A stretch of DNA of 38,328 nucleotides, taken from Anaerolineae bacterium. GTDB taxonomy: Bacteria > Chloroflexota > Anaerolineae > B4-G1 > SLSP01. The position numbers were made by a program, and so were the translations under genes. Shown here piece after piece: positions 18,340 through 27,345 of this stretch. Location: positions 1 through 38,328 of the forward strand of contig JAXGUU010000003.1 in NCBI GenBank assembly GCA_040774145.1. Reading direction: 5' to 3'. Under the pieces are notes generated by a model. The model was given only the letters and a program-made list of their open reading frames with translations, was not told the DNA's origin and ran no database searches. The number at the start of each line of letters is the position of its first letter. The first letter of the stretch is position 1.

Positions 18340-19301
18340 GCCGCTACATCGCCGAACGTGTTCTCAAAGGCGTCGCGACCTTGCTGATCACGATCACCTT
18401 GACGTTCCTGATCGTGCGGCTGTTGCCCTCGGACCCGGCGCTGATGATGCTGGGTGAGATGTTCACCGCCGAACAACGCGATGCGCTTATCGCGCAGTTC
18501 GGACTCGACAAACCGCTGCTGCAGCAGTACTTCATCTACCTGGGCAATCTTGTTCGTGGTGACCTGGGCATGTCGTTCTTCCAGCGCCGCCCCGTGATGA
18601 CCGTCATCCGTGAGAAGCTGCCGTGGACGCTGCTGTTGATGATCACGACCCAGATTCTGACGATGGTCGTAGGCATCCCGCTCGGCATCTACTCGGGCTA
18701 CAAGCGTGGGTCCCTCTTCGACCAGGTGGTCAACGCTGTGGCGATCTTCGGGGTCTCGGTCTTCGTGCCCTGGCTGGGCTTCACGCTGCTCTACTTTTTC
18801 GGCTATCGGATGCCGATCTTCCCGATCGGCGGTGCCTACAAGATCGGGACCTCGGGCTTCGCGCACTTCGTCAGTATCGGTCGACACCTGGTCCTGCCGG
18901 TGACGACGCTGATGGTGATCTACCTGGCCAACTATGTGCTTTACACGCGCGGCAGCGTGATCGACGTGATGGAGGAGGACTACATCAAGACGGCGCGCTC
19001 CAAGGGCATGAAGGAGCGGCGAGTGCTCTGGAAGCATGCCGCGAAGAACGCCATGATCCCCACCGTCACCATGGCCGGCATGATGCTCGGACAGATGGTG
19101 GGCGGGGCCGTGCTCACCGAGACGATCTACGCCTATCCGGGGGTCGGTCGGATGATCTACCAGGCCGTCGGCCAGCAGGACTATCCCGTGCTGCAGGGCG
19201 CTTTCATCATCCTGGCCCTCAGTGTGATCGTGATGAACATCGTCACCGATATCGCCATCGTCTACCTCGATCCGCGCATCAAGCTGGAGCGATCATCATG
19301 A
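18336..19301 (+). CDS. oppB: Oligopeptide ABC transporter permease (OppB/DppB-like)
   Basis: GLDKPLLQQY, GDLGMSF, EDYIKTARSKG EAA-loop, GAVLTETIYAYPGVG, DYPVLQG, LDPRI. Confidence 0.95.
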   Translation: MSRYIAERVLKGVATLLITITLTFLIVRLLPSDPALMMLGEMFTAEQRDALIAQFGLDKPLLQQYFIYLGNLVRGDLGMSFFQRRPVMTVIREKLPWTLLLMITTQILTMVVGIPLGIYSGYKRGSLFDQVVNAVAIFGVSVFVPWLGFTLLYFFGYRMPIFPIGGAYKIGTSGFAHFVSIGRHLVLPVTTLMVIYLANYVLYTRGSVIDVMEEDYIKTARSKGMKERRVLWKHAAKNAMIPTVTMAGMMLGQMVGGAVLTETIYAYPGVGRMIYQAVGQQDYPVLQGAFIILALSVIVMNIVTDIAIVYLDPRIKLERSS

Positions 19302-20167
19302 ACCAGCGACCGAGCCTATTCAGCAAATGGGAGAAGGAGATCCAGGCTTTCTTCCGCCACCCCATCGGGGTGATCGGCCTGGCAGGGGTGGCCTTCGTCT
19401 TCCTCGTGGCGCTGTTCGCGCCGCTGCTGGCAGCGCCGGTGGCGGGCTATGGCGTCTATGAGGAGCGCCTTATGGCGCCCGGACTGGGCCATCCCTTCGG
19501 CACCGACGACATGGGTCGCGACCTCTTTTCTCAGGTCGTGTGGGGCACGCGTGCCTCGATCAAGGTGGCGGTCCTGGCAGTGCTCACGGCCACGGTCATC
19601 GGGGTCCCCATAGGCCTGCTCTCCGGCTACTTCCACGGATTCGTCGACACCATCGGTATGGGTCTCGTGGAGATCTTCCTGACGATACCGATGCTGCCGC
19701 TGATCATCATCGTCACCGCCGTCTCCAACACACAGAGTATCGATATGGTGGCGATCATCATCGGTCTCTTCTCGTGGCCCACGATTGCGCGTATCACACG
19801 TGCCTCCACGCTGCAGGTCTCCAGTATGCAGTACATCGAGGCCGCACGCTGCCTGGGCATCCGCATCGGCAAGATCATCTTCAAGCACGTCTTGGTGAAC
19901 GCCAGCACGCCGGTGCTGATCAACCTGACCATCGTGATGGCCACGTCTATTATCACGGAGTCGGCGATCAGCTTTCTGGGGTTAGGTGACCCGACGACGT
20001 TCAGTTGGGGCAAGATCCTGCACAACGCCCACGCCAGTGGGGCCTTTGCCTCGGCGTGGTGGTTTTCGTTCTTCCCGAGTGTCGGCATCGTTTGGTTCGT
20101 TATCTCGTTCAACTTCCTGAGTATGGGAATTCGGGATGCCTTGAACCCGAAGATCACGCGCGGGTAA
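19298..20167 (+). CDS. oppC: Oligopeptide ABC transporter permease (OppC/DppC-like)
   Basis: HPFGTDDMGRDLFS, YIEAARCLG, ESAISFLGLG, IRDALNPK; ATG 19298 overlaps oppB stop. Confidence 0.95.
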   Translation: MNQRPSLFSKWEKEIQAFFRHPIGVIGLAGVAFVFLVALFAPLLAAPVAGYGVYEERLMAPGLGHPFGTDDMGRDLFSQVVWGTRASIKVAVLAVLTATVIGVPIGLLSGYFHGFVDTIGMGLVEIFLTIPMLPLIIIVTAVSNTQSIDMVAIIIGLFSWPTIARITRASTLQVSSMQYIEAARCLGIRIGKIIFKHVLVNASTPVLINLTIVMATSIITESAISFLGLGDPTTFSWGKILHNAHASGAFASAWWFSFFPSVGIVWFVISFNFLSMGIRDALNPKITRG

Positions 20168-20210
20168 GGGACAGTCGTAACGCACGCCTTAGCACGACAA
20201 AGGAGACATC

Positions 20211-21368
20211 ATGACGCAAGGCTTTAGCCGGAAGGAGTATGCTCGCAGGATCGGCAGCATCGCCGATCGCATCCAGGCGCGTGGCGTGGACGGCGCCCTG
20301 GTCTTCGACCCCTATAACGTCTTCTATCTGGGGCTCTATTATCATCCGGGCAAGCGCCCCGTGATCCTCTACGTGCACCATGACGGCACGGTGGTCGCCG
20401 TGACGCCCGCGATGGAGGCGCACGAGGCCCGCAAGGTGGAGCACTTCGCCGCGGTCGATGCCTACGAGGACAATTACGCTGAAGGTGCCGATGTGTACGA
20501 CTGCCTGAAGGCCACGTTGACCCAGGGCTTCGGGAAGCTGCAGAAGGTGGCGGTCGACCAGGTGGGCCTAGCCGCGTATCGGCGCCTCACCGCAATCTTC
20601 CCCGAGGTCGTTGAGGAAGACCTGGTCTTCCCCTCCCGTATCCTCAAGTCGGATGAGGAGGTCGCGATGCTCAAGCGCTCCGCCGGTTACTCGGATCATA
20701 TCGTGGCAGCGGGACGCAAGCTTCTTGCGCCGGGCGTCACGGAGCTCGGGTTGCTCAACCGGATGATCGTTGAGACCGTCGATCAGATGATCGATGATAT
20801 GGGCGACGTGATCTATGTCCCCGGTGGCCCGGCGGGCGCGTTGGTGCCCAGCGGTCTCCGGACGGCGCTGCCCCACGCCCTACCGAGCGGGCGCAAGCTG
20901 CGCGCCAACGAGCCGATGATCCTCTCCTGCGGCGCCAACGTCTGGGGCTATCGCACGGAGTGCGAGCGCACCTTCTTCGTGGGGTCGCCAAGCCCTGAGT
21001 GGTGCAAGGCCTTCGACGTGATGCGCCGCGCTCAGGCGCTGGGCATCTCGCTGATGCAGCCTGGCGCCGTCTGTGAGGAGATCGACCGCGAGGTCGCGGC
21101 GTTCATCCGCGCCGAGGGCTACGGCGATGCCATCCGCCACCGTACCGGGCACGGCAAGGGTCTCGAGGAACATGAGCCGCCCTACATCGCGATGGGCGAT
21201 CGCACCGTGATCCAACCGGGCATGATCTTTTCCAGTGAACCCGGCATCTACATCGAGGGGTTCTCAGGCTTTCGTCACTCCGACATCATCTGGGTGTCTG
21301 AGGGGGGGCCGGTGGTCCTGACGCAGTATCCCAAGGACCTTGAGAGTATGGTCGTAGCCGTAGCGTAG
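20211..21368 (+). CDS. M24 (pita-bread fold) Xaa-Pro peptidase/creatinase-like hydrolase
   Basis: Creatinase_N-like N-terminus, RILKSDEE, PHALPS, GYRTECERT, HRTGHGKGLEEHEPP, SEPGIY, GFRHSD; AAAGGAG RBS. Confidence 0.88.
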   Translation: MTQGFSRKEYARRIGSIADRIQARGVDGALVFDPYNVFYLGLYYHPGKRPVILYVHHDGTVVAVTPAMEAHEARKVEHFAAVDAYEDNYAEGADVYDCLKATLTQGFGKLQKVAVDQVGLAAYRRLTAIFPEVVEEDLVFPSRILKSDEEVAMLKRSAGYSDHIVAAGRKLLAPGVTELGLLNRMIVETVDQMIDDMGDVIYVPGGPAGALVPSGLRTALPHALPSGRKLRANEPMILSCGANVWGYRTECERTFFVGSPSPEWCKAFDVMRRAQALGISLMQPGAVCEEIDREVAAFIRAEGYGDAIRHRTGHGKGLEEHEPPYIAMGDRTVIQPGMIFSSEPGIYIEGFSGFRHSDIIWVSEGGPVVLTQYPKDLESMVVAVA

Positions 21369-21377
21369 CGAGGTGAT

Positions 21378-23000
21378 ATGACAGATTACGATGTGATCAT
21401 CAAGAACGGCTTCATCGTCGACGGTACGGGTGGTCCCGGTTTCCGAGGTGAGGTCGCGATCCGCGGTGATGTGATTGTCCAGGTGGGCACCCACATCGAC
21501 GGCACCGCCGAGCGCGTGATCGATGCCGGCGGTAGGATGGTGTGTCCCGGCCTGATCGACCCCCACGTGCACGAGGAGACCGTCGTGCTGAACGATGGGG
21601 ATTTCGAGCTCTTCCTTCGGGAGGGCGTCACGACGACGATCAATGGGAACTGCGGTCATTCGGTGACACCGGGCGACTCGCGTGGCGTCTTTGAGTACTA
21701 CTACAAGAATGGCCTGATCACGGCGGAGGCACTGGAGAAGTACTCGCGCGAACTGCCGGTTTGGCACGACTTTGCCGGCTACTGCGACCTGGTACGGCGC
21801 ACCGGCATCAATATCAACATGGGGTTTCTGCTGGGGCACGGCGCGATCCGCTGGGCCGCGATGGGGGGATCCAAAGAGCGTCCGCCGACGCCTGCCGAGG
21901 AAGAGGAGATCCTTGGAGCGATCGATGAGGGGATGCGCCAGGGGGCCCTGGGTCTGTCAACCGGGCTTTCCTATATCCCCAGCCGCTATGCCGACACCGA
22001 GGAGATCGTCAAGTGTGCGCAGGTGGTTGCCCAGCACGACGGGGTCTACGCTACCCACGCCCGTTACTACATCGGCATCGTCGAATCCACGCAAGAGGCG
22101 ATCGAGATCGGCGAGCGTTCGGGGTGCCGGGTGCAGGTCTCGCATCTCAAGCCGACCAGTCCCGAATCCTATGATCTGATCCTGGCGGCGCGCGAGCGTG
22201 GTGTGGAGGTGTTGGTCGACACGATCCCCCGCAGCACGGGCCACTGCGTGCGCAAGGACCGGTTGCTGCAGTTCATCATGGCGATCTCGTCTGAGCTTTT
22301 CGATGGGGGTGTCGAGGGGGTCAAGGCGGCGCTGCAGACGCCGGAGGGCCGCGAGCTTGTCCTCAGAGACGCCTACATCTTCGGCAACGCGATGGAGCAG
22401 ACCTTTGTCTACCACACTGGGGATCCGGCGACCGACGGGCAGTCCATCGCCGCGATCGCTGCGGCTCGCGGTGTCGAGGAGCCCAAAGAGGTGTTGCTCG
22501 ATCTGCTGGCAGCCGAGGACGATGAGCAGATGGTCTTCTGGCTGGGCGGGGCCAGCCGCGAGGACTTCCCGTGGGCTCCGCACGCCGACAGCATCATCGC
22601 CAACCCGTTGGTCATGGTCGGGTCGGACGTCATCTTTGGTGAGCCTTGGGACCCGGGCTCATGGTATGAGCTGCAGCGTCCGGGAGCCTTCCCCATCTTC
22701 ATGCGGATGTACCGCGAGAAGGGGGTGCCCGTTGAGGAGGTCGTGCGGCGCAACACCTCGATGGCTGCTACGCAGTTCAGGATCTTTGACCGAGGCCTGC
22801 TTCGCCCGGGGATGAAGGCCGATATCGCGGTGATCGACCTCGATGCGTATCGTTATCCGTCACCGGACGAGATCGACCCGCGCATTCCGCAGCAGATGGC
22901 GGAGGGCGTAGCCTACGTCCTGGTCAACGGGCAGGTGACGCTGGACGATGGCGTGGTCCGATCCGTCCGCGCAGGGGAGGTGGTGCTGAACCGCCGGTAG
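21378..23000 (+). CDS. N-acyl-D-amino-acid deacylase (D-aminoacylase) family amidohydrolase
   Basis: IKNGFIVDGTG, PGLIDPHVH, GVTT..NGNCG, GLSTGLSY.P, YATHAR, VQVSHLK, MVGSD, DRGLLRPGMKADI, VLVNG. Confidence 0.9.
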   Translation: MTDYDVIIKNGFIVDGTGGPGFRGEVAIRGDVIVQVGTHIDGTAERVIDAGGRMVCPGLIDPHVHEETVVLNDGDFELFLREGVTTTINGNCGHSVTPGDSRGVFEYYYKNGLITAEALEKYSRELPVWHDFAGYCDLVRRTGININMGFLLGHGAIRWAAMGGSKERPPTPAEEEEILGAIDEGMRQGALGLSTGLSYIPSRYADTEEIVKCAQVVAQHDGVYATHARYYIGIVESTQEAIEIGERSGCRVQVSHLKPTSPESYDLILAARERGVEVLVDTIPRSTGHCVRKDRLLQFIMAISSELFDGGVEGVKAALQTPEGRELVLRDAYIFGNAMEQTFVYHTGDPATDGQSIAAIAAARGVEEPKEVLLDLLAAEDDEQMVFWLGGASREDFPWAPHADSIIANPLVMVGSDVIFGEPWDPGSWYELQRPGAFPIFMRMYREKGVPVEEVVRRNTSMAATQFRIFDRGLLRPGMKADIAVIDLDAYRYPSPDEIDPRIPQQMAEGVAYVLVNGQVTLDDGVVRSVRAGEVVLNRR

Positions 23001-23113
23001 CGGTAGGCCCTGAGGCGCCCACCGGCAGACGATGATGTTGCCCGTATCTCATTTCGCGATCGCAGACCTATGGCATTCAACCTAACAACCCAGACTGTCA
23101 AGAAGGAGAGAGA

Positions 23114-24727
23114 GTGATGCGCAAACTTATGATGGCACTGGTGGCTCTGGTCACCCTTGCCGCAATGCTCACGGGGTGCGGTGGTGCGGGGGGCGCGGAT
23201 GAGCCCGTCACCCTGACCGTCGGCATCGCCAGTGATCCTGACTCAATGAATGTGCTCGTCAGCAACGAGATCAACACGTCTCTGATGCTGAACGCCACCT
23301 ATCCGACGTTGCTGCTGCTGGATGAGAACGGCAACAAGGAGCCGTACATCATCGAGGAGCCTGAGTACTCCGATGATGGTTTGACGGTCACCCTTCGGGT
23401 CAAGGAGGGCCTCAAGTGGACCGATGGCGAGCCGATCACGGCCCATGACATCGCCTGGACCTACGATGCAGTCTACGAGGGCAAGTTCCACTGGACCTAC
23501 ACGGTGCTCGAGGGGATCACCTGGGAGGTCGTGGATGACCAAACCATCGTCTTCACGCTTTCAGAGCCGTTCCCCAAGTTCATCAGCCAGATCGGATTCT
23601 GGGTGCGGATCGTGCCTTCGCACGTCTGGTCGCAGGCAACCGACGTCGCGTCCTTCATCGATGAGGACTTTGTCGGTTTTGGCCCGTTCCAGCTGACCGA
23701 GTACACCATCGGAGAGTACTTTATGTTCGAGCGTGTTGAGGACTTCCCCTTCACGCCCGATGATGACAAGGCCTACGTCGACACCCTGATCTTCAAGCCC
23801 TATCCGGATCCCAACACGATGGTCCTGGCGCTCAAGTCCGGTGACATCGATGTCGCGGCGCGCCCGTTGACGCACGATGCCGCTGCTGAGCTTGAGGGCA
23901 CCGCGGGGATCGCGATCGCCAGGACCATCGATCTGGGCTACGAGCATCTGCACATGAACATGAACCAGCCGCTGCTCTCAGATCCGGCGGTCCGCAAGGC
24001 TGTCGCTATGGTCGTCGATCGCGATAAGATCGTGGACTTCGCCTACGGTGGTGATGCCGTGCCTATGCCGGGCGTGGTCTCACCCCTTTACGCCGACTTC
24101 GACTACGGCATCTACCTGCCCTCCTTCGATATCGAGGGCGCCAAGGCCGTCCTGGCTGAGGCGGGCTACACCGACACCGACGGTGATGGGATCGTGAACG
24201 CGCCGACCGGCGAGAACCTCTCGTTCGAGATGATCTACGCCACGAACTACGTCGAGCACGAGAAGATCGCGACGATCATCGCGGAGGATGCCAAGGCCGC
24301 CGGCCTCGAGCTGATCCCCAAGGGCCTCGACAAGCCGGTCCAGCTCGAGCAGCTTTACCTCGAGCCGCAGGGGCGCAACAACTACCAGATCGCCATCAAC
24401 ACCTGGGGCATCATCGACGATGTCGAGTCCGCGATGAGCGATCTCTACGCACCGGGCTCCACGCTCAACTGGATGAACTGGTCCAATCCCACCGCCATCG
24501 AGGCTATGGCGAAGATGCGCTCCGCCGTGGATCCCGCTGAGACCGAGAGGTGGATGCGCGTCTTCCAGACCGAAGCCGTGAACGATATTCCCGATGTCCC
24601 GCTGGTCGTCAAGGGCAATATCTTCGCCTATCGGACTGAGTTCGATGGCTTCAAGGTCTACCCCGACGACCTCAAGGGCCTGGTCACACCCCAGAACCTC
24701 TGGAGCATCTACCGGGTCGAGCAGTAG
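23114..24727 (+). CDS. oppA: ABC transporter substrate-binding lipoprotein, family 5 (OppA/DppA-like)
   Basis: Signal peptide with lipobox LTGC, KWTDGEPITAHDI, GFGPF, DPAVRKAV, AKAVLAEAGY; AAGGAG RBS. Confidence 0.93.
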   Translation: MMRKLMMALVALVTLAAMLTGCGGAGGADEPVTLTVGIASDPDSMNVLVSNEINTSLMLNATYPTLLLLDENGNKEPYIIEEPEYSDDGLTVTLRVKEGLKWTDGEPITAHDIAWTYDAVYEGKFHWTYTVLEGITWEVVDDQTIVFTLSEPFPKFISQIGFWVRIVPSHVWSQATDVASFIDEDFVGFGPFQLTEYTIGEYFMFERVEDFPFTPDDDKAYVDTLIFKPYPDPNTMVLALKSGDIDVAARPLTHDAAAELEGTAGIAIARTIDLGYEHLHMNMNQPLLSDPAVRKAVAMVVDRDKIVDFAYGGDAVPMPGVVSPLYADFDYGIYLPSFDIEGAKAVLAEAGYTDTDGDGIVNAPTGENLSFEMIYATNYVEHEKIATIIAEDAKAAGLELIPKGLDKPVQLEQLYLEPQGRNNYQIAINTWGIIDDVESAMSDLYAPGSTLNWMNWSNPTAIEAMAKMRSAVDPAETERWMRVFQTEAVNDIPDVPLVVKGNIFAYRTEFDGFKVYPDDLKGLVTPQNLWSIYRVEQ

Positions 24728-24768
24728 TTTCCGACGCTGTTTCGGTTTTGCGATCGCCTGAGATACAC

Positions 24769-24803
24769 GAGCGGGCTTCCGATGATCATCGGGAGCCCGC
24801 TTT
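24769..24803. terminator. Intrinsic terminator closing the operon, likely bidirectional
   Basis: GAGCGGGCTTCCGAT-GATC-ATCGGGAGCCCGCTTT between convergent genes. Confidence 0.75.
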
Positions 24804-24816
24804 GCGTGTCTCGGGA

Positions 24817-25686
24817 TCAGGTATGAGGCCTGGCGACACGAGGGGAAGCTGTTCCGTGGCCTCTGTCTGCGTCGAACAGCGCTATCCAGCGGTCAAGTGA
24901 GTGGGGCAGGTTCATCGCGGTGGTGTCGTCGGACCACGGTGCACCGCATGGTGCGATCGCCAGCGCAGCCACCCTTTCGTAGTGGTCGAATTTGGCATGG
25001 CGCTCGCTCTCGGCGATGAATTGCTGGTAGTGGGTGAGGAAATCGAGATCATGGGCCAGCAGATAGCGGATGGCCTCTTTCTCTCCTGCGTAGGGCAGGC
25101 GTCGAATGGTGAAGTAGCCGGTCCACACGTCCATATGGCCGAAGATCGCCATACGCACATCGACCGTCGCGCTATAGAGGGGATCGTCCGATGCCAACAT
25201 CCGGCGGGCCTGCGCGAGGTTGTAGTTGATGGCGAACCACGAGCCGTAGACGTCCTCCTCGGGGGTGGGTTTGACCCAGGAGGTGGCGGTGACGTGCTCC
25301 CGTGCGGTCGCTAACCGACCGGATCGATCGTGGATGATGCGTCCCTGCTGAAGCCACCGGACGATGGGGGCGAGCGGGTCCTGCAAAGCGATCGGGGTCG
25401 CTAACGCCGCGATGCGACCGAGGGCTACAGCGTCGACGAAGAGCCGGTCGGTGAAGCGCCCGTCGATGATGGTCACGCCAACGTACCAGGGTGTAGGTAG
25501 GTCGTGCAGGACGATGACCAGATCGTAGTCACTGGTGGGAGAGAAGGCGTCGTTCGTCAGCGACCCGATCTGCATAACGCCGTCGATCTCCGGCTGCCCG
25601 GATAGGTGAGCGATCACGGCGTCGAGGGACCAGTCTGTGGTGGGTGCGGGGCTGGTGAGATACACGGTCGGCCTCCTTGGGCTCAT
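24817..25686 (-). CDS. DNA pol-beta-superfamily nucleotidyltransferase-domain protein
   Basis: GVMQIGS...SDYDLVIV (hGS-x-DxD) followed by a helical C-terminal domain. Confidence 0.7.
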   Translation of the reverse strand: MSPRRPTVYLTSPAPTTDWSLDAVIAHLSGQPEIDGVMQIGSLTNDAFSPTSDYDLVIVLHDLPTPWYVGVTIIDGRFTDRLFVDAVALGRIAALATPIALQDPLAPIVRWLQQGRIIHDRSGRLATAREHVTATSWVKPTPEEDVYGSWFAINYNLAQARRMLASDDPLYSATVDVRMAIFGHMDVWTGYFTIRRLPYAGEKEAIRYLLAHDLDFLTHYQQFIAESERHAKFDHYERVAALAIAPCGAPWSDDTTAMNLPHSLDRWIALFDADRGHGTASPRVARPHT

Positions 25687-25761
25687 GGTGCGGTTATTAT
25701 CCTATGGTCCGGGGCCTGCGCCAGCGGTGTCGATCAAGGCTCTCCGGGCGGGTCGGGTCGT

Positions 25762-25789
25762 TTGCGTGACTTGCCGGCGCGTGTACAAT
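25762..25789 (+). promoter_or_regulatory. Possible sigma70-type promoter for the fucosidase
   Basis: TTGCGT-16 nt-TACAAT. Confidence 0.45.
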
Positions 25790-25834
25790 GCTCAATGGTA
25801 GGTATCTCATCAGATTGACCGGGAGGCTATAGCG

Positions 25835-27118
25835 ATGTATACACCAAAACCGACTGCCGGCGACACCTCGTGGTTCGTCCACGACCGTTTCGGGATGTTC
25901 ATCCATTGGGGGCTCTATGCGGTGCCTGCTCGTCACGAGTGGGTTCAGTCGCGCGAGCGGATCGCCCCTGAGGAGTACCGCAAGTACTTCGAGCGCTTTG
26001 ACCCTGTGGATTATGACCCCTTCGAGTGGGCGGCTGCCGCTGCGGATGCGGGGATGAAGTACGTCGTCCTCACCACCAAGCACCACGAGGGTTTCTGCCT
26101 TTGGGATAGCCGGTTCACCGAGTACAAGGTCACCAATACGCCCTACGGTGAGGACCTGCTGGGGCCCTTCGTTGAGGCGTTCCGGGGTGAGGGGCTACGC
26201 GTCGGCTTCTACTACTCGCTCATCGACTGGCACCATCCCGACTTCCCCATCGACGGCATTCATCCGCTGCGCGACCTGCCCAACGCCCTCGAGCTCAACA
26301 AGGGCCGCGATGTCACGAAGTACGCTGATTACCTCTACAATCAGGTCCACGAGCTGCTGACGACCTATGACCCCGACGTCCTGTGGTGTGACTTCTCCTA
26401 TCCTGACAGCGAATACAAGGGCATGCGCGGGAAGGGGCACCAGGACTGGCAGAGCGAGCGGCTGCTCAAGATGATCCGCGAGGTCAGCCCGAAGATCGTC
26501 ATGAACAACCGTCTGGACCTACCTCGCGATCTTGCTGACGTCCATACGCCGGAGCAATGGCAGCCGCGTGAGTGGGTCAAGGTCGATGGCGAGCCGGTGG
26601 TCTGGGAGGCGTGTCAGACCTTCAGCGGTAGCTGGGGCTACCATCGTGATGAGATGACCTGGAAGAGCCCCGGGCAGTTGATCCGCATGTTGGTCAACAC
26701 TGTGGCGCGCGGCGGTAACCTGCTGATGAACGTAGGCCCGACGGCTAAGGGAACCTTTGACGATCGGGCGCTCGATGCCCTGGACACCTATGGGGAGTGG
26801 ATGGCGCTGCACAGTGACGCGATCTATGGCTGCACGCAGAGCGAGTTCCCTGAGCCGCAGGATTGCCGCCTGACCCAGAACGGCAACAAGGTGTACGTGC
26901 ACATTTTCGCCTGGCCTTTCAAGCACCTCTACCTCGAGGGACTTGGGGACAAGGTGGCCTTTGCGCGCTTCCTGCACGACGGCAGCGAGATCCCGCTGAA
27001 GCTGAGTGACTGGACGTCGCGACATCTACAGACGGGCGAGAACACGCTCGTGCTCGAGCTGCCGGTGCTTGAGCCTGACGTGATCGTGCCAGTGATCGAG
27101 CTGGAGCTCAAGAGCTAG
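25835..27118 (+). CDS. Alpha-L-fucosidase, GH29 (no signal peptide seen)
   Basis: RFGMFIHWGLY, AGMKYVVLTTKHHEGFCLWDS, GFYYSLIDW, LWCD nucleophile, NNRL, TPEQ, WEAC..SWGY, GGNLLMNVGP. Confidence 0.95.
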   Translation: MYTPKPTAGDTSWFVHDRFGMFIHWGLYAVPARHEWVQSRERIAPEEYRKYFERFDPVDYDPFEWAAAAADAGMKYVVLTTKHHEGFCLWDSRFTEYKVTNTPYGEDLLGPFVEAFRGEGLRVGFYYSLIDWHHPDFPIDGIHPLRDLPNALELNKGRDVTKYADYLYNQVHELLTTYDPDVLWCDFSYPDSEYKGMRGKGHQDWQSERLLKMIREVSPKIVMNNRLDLPRDLADVHTPEQWQPREWVKVDGEPVVWEACQTFSGSWGYHRDEMTWKSPGQLIRMLVNTVARGGNLLMNVGPTAKGTFDDRALDALDTYGEWMALHSDAIYGCTQSEFPEPQDCRLTQNGNKVYVHIFAWPFKHLYLEGLGDKVAFARFLHDGSEIPLKLSDWTSRHLQTGENTLVLELPVLEPDVIVPVIELELKS

Positions 27119-27137
27119 GTCCGTTAGCCGGATGGGT

Positions 27138-27168
27138 ACGGGAGCCCACCTGCGTGGGCTCCCGTTTG
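27138..27168 (+). terminator. Intrinsic terminator after the fucosidase
   Basis: ACGGGAGCCCAC-CTGC-GTGGGCTCCCGT perfect 12-bp stem followed by TTG. Confidence 0.75.
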
Positions 27169-27345
27169 CGTTCCGGAGGCCTTGAGCACAAGCCGAGACG
27201 AGAGATACTGCAACCCCCTTGATCCTGCTGCGTAGTGATATATGATGCGGGTCACCGTCTCGAAGTGTGGGCGTGCCCGACGCCATCATCATTCGACGCC
27301 GTCGCGTACGGGACGAGGTCCCGAGAGGAGAGCAGGAGGGCCACT

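Noticed and set aside
18623-19297. Long N-terminal extension of the oppC ORF (514 aa in the track)
   Set aside because: Overlaps oppB out of frame and is Arg/Gly-rich junk; the real start is ATG 19298. Similar over-extensions were trimmed for ORFs at 2866, 3516, 14757, 27235 and 30211
11614-24727. Operon as a horizontally inserted island or biosynthetic cluster
   Set aside because: No flanking direct repeats, tRNA, integrase or obvious composition shift seen; no ligase, NRPS, cyclodipeptide synthase or precursor peptide, and the importer plus hydrolases point to catabolism
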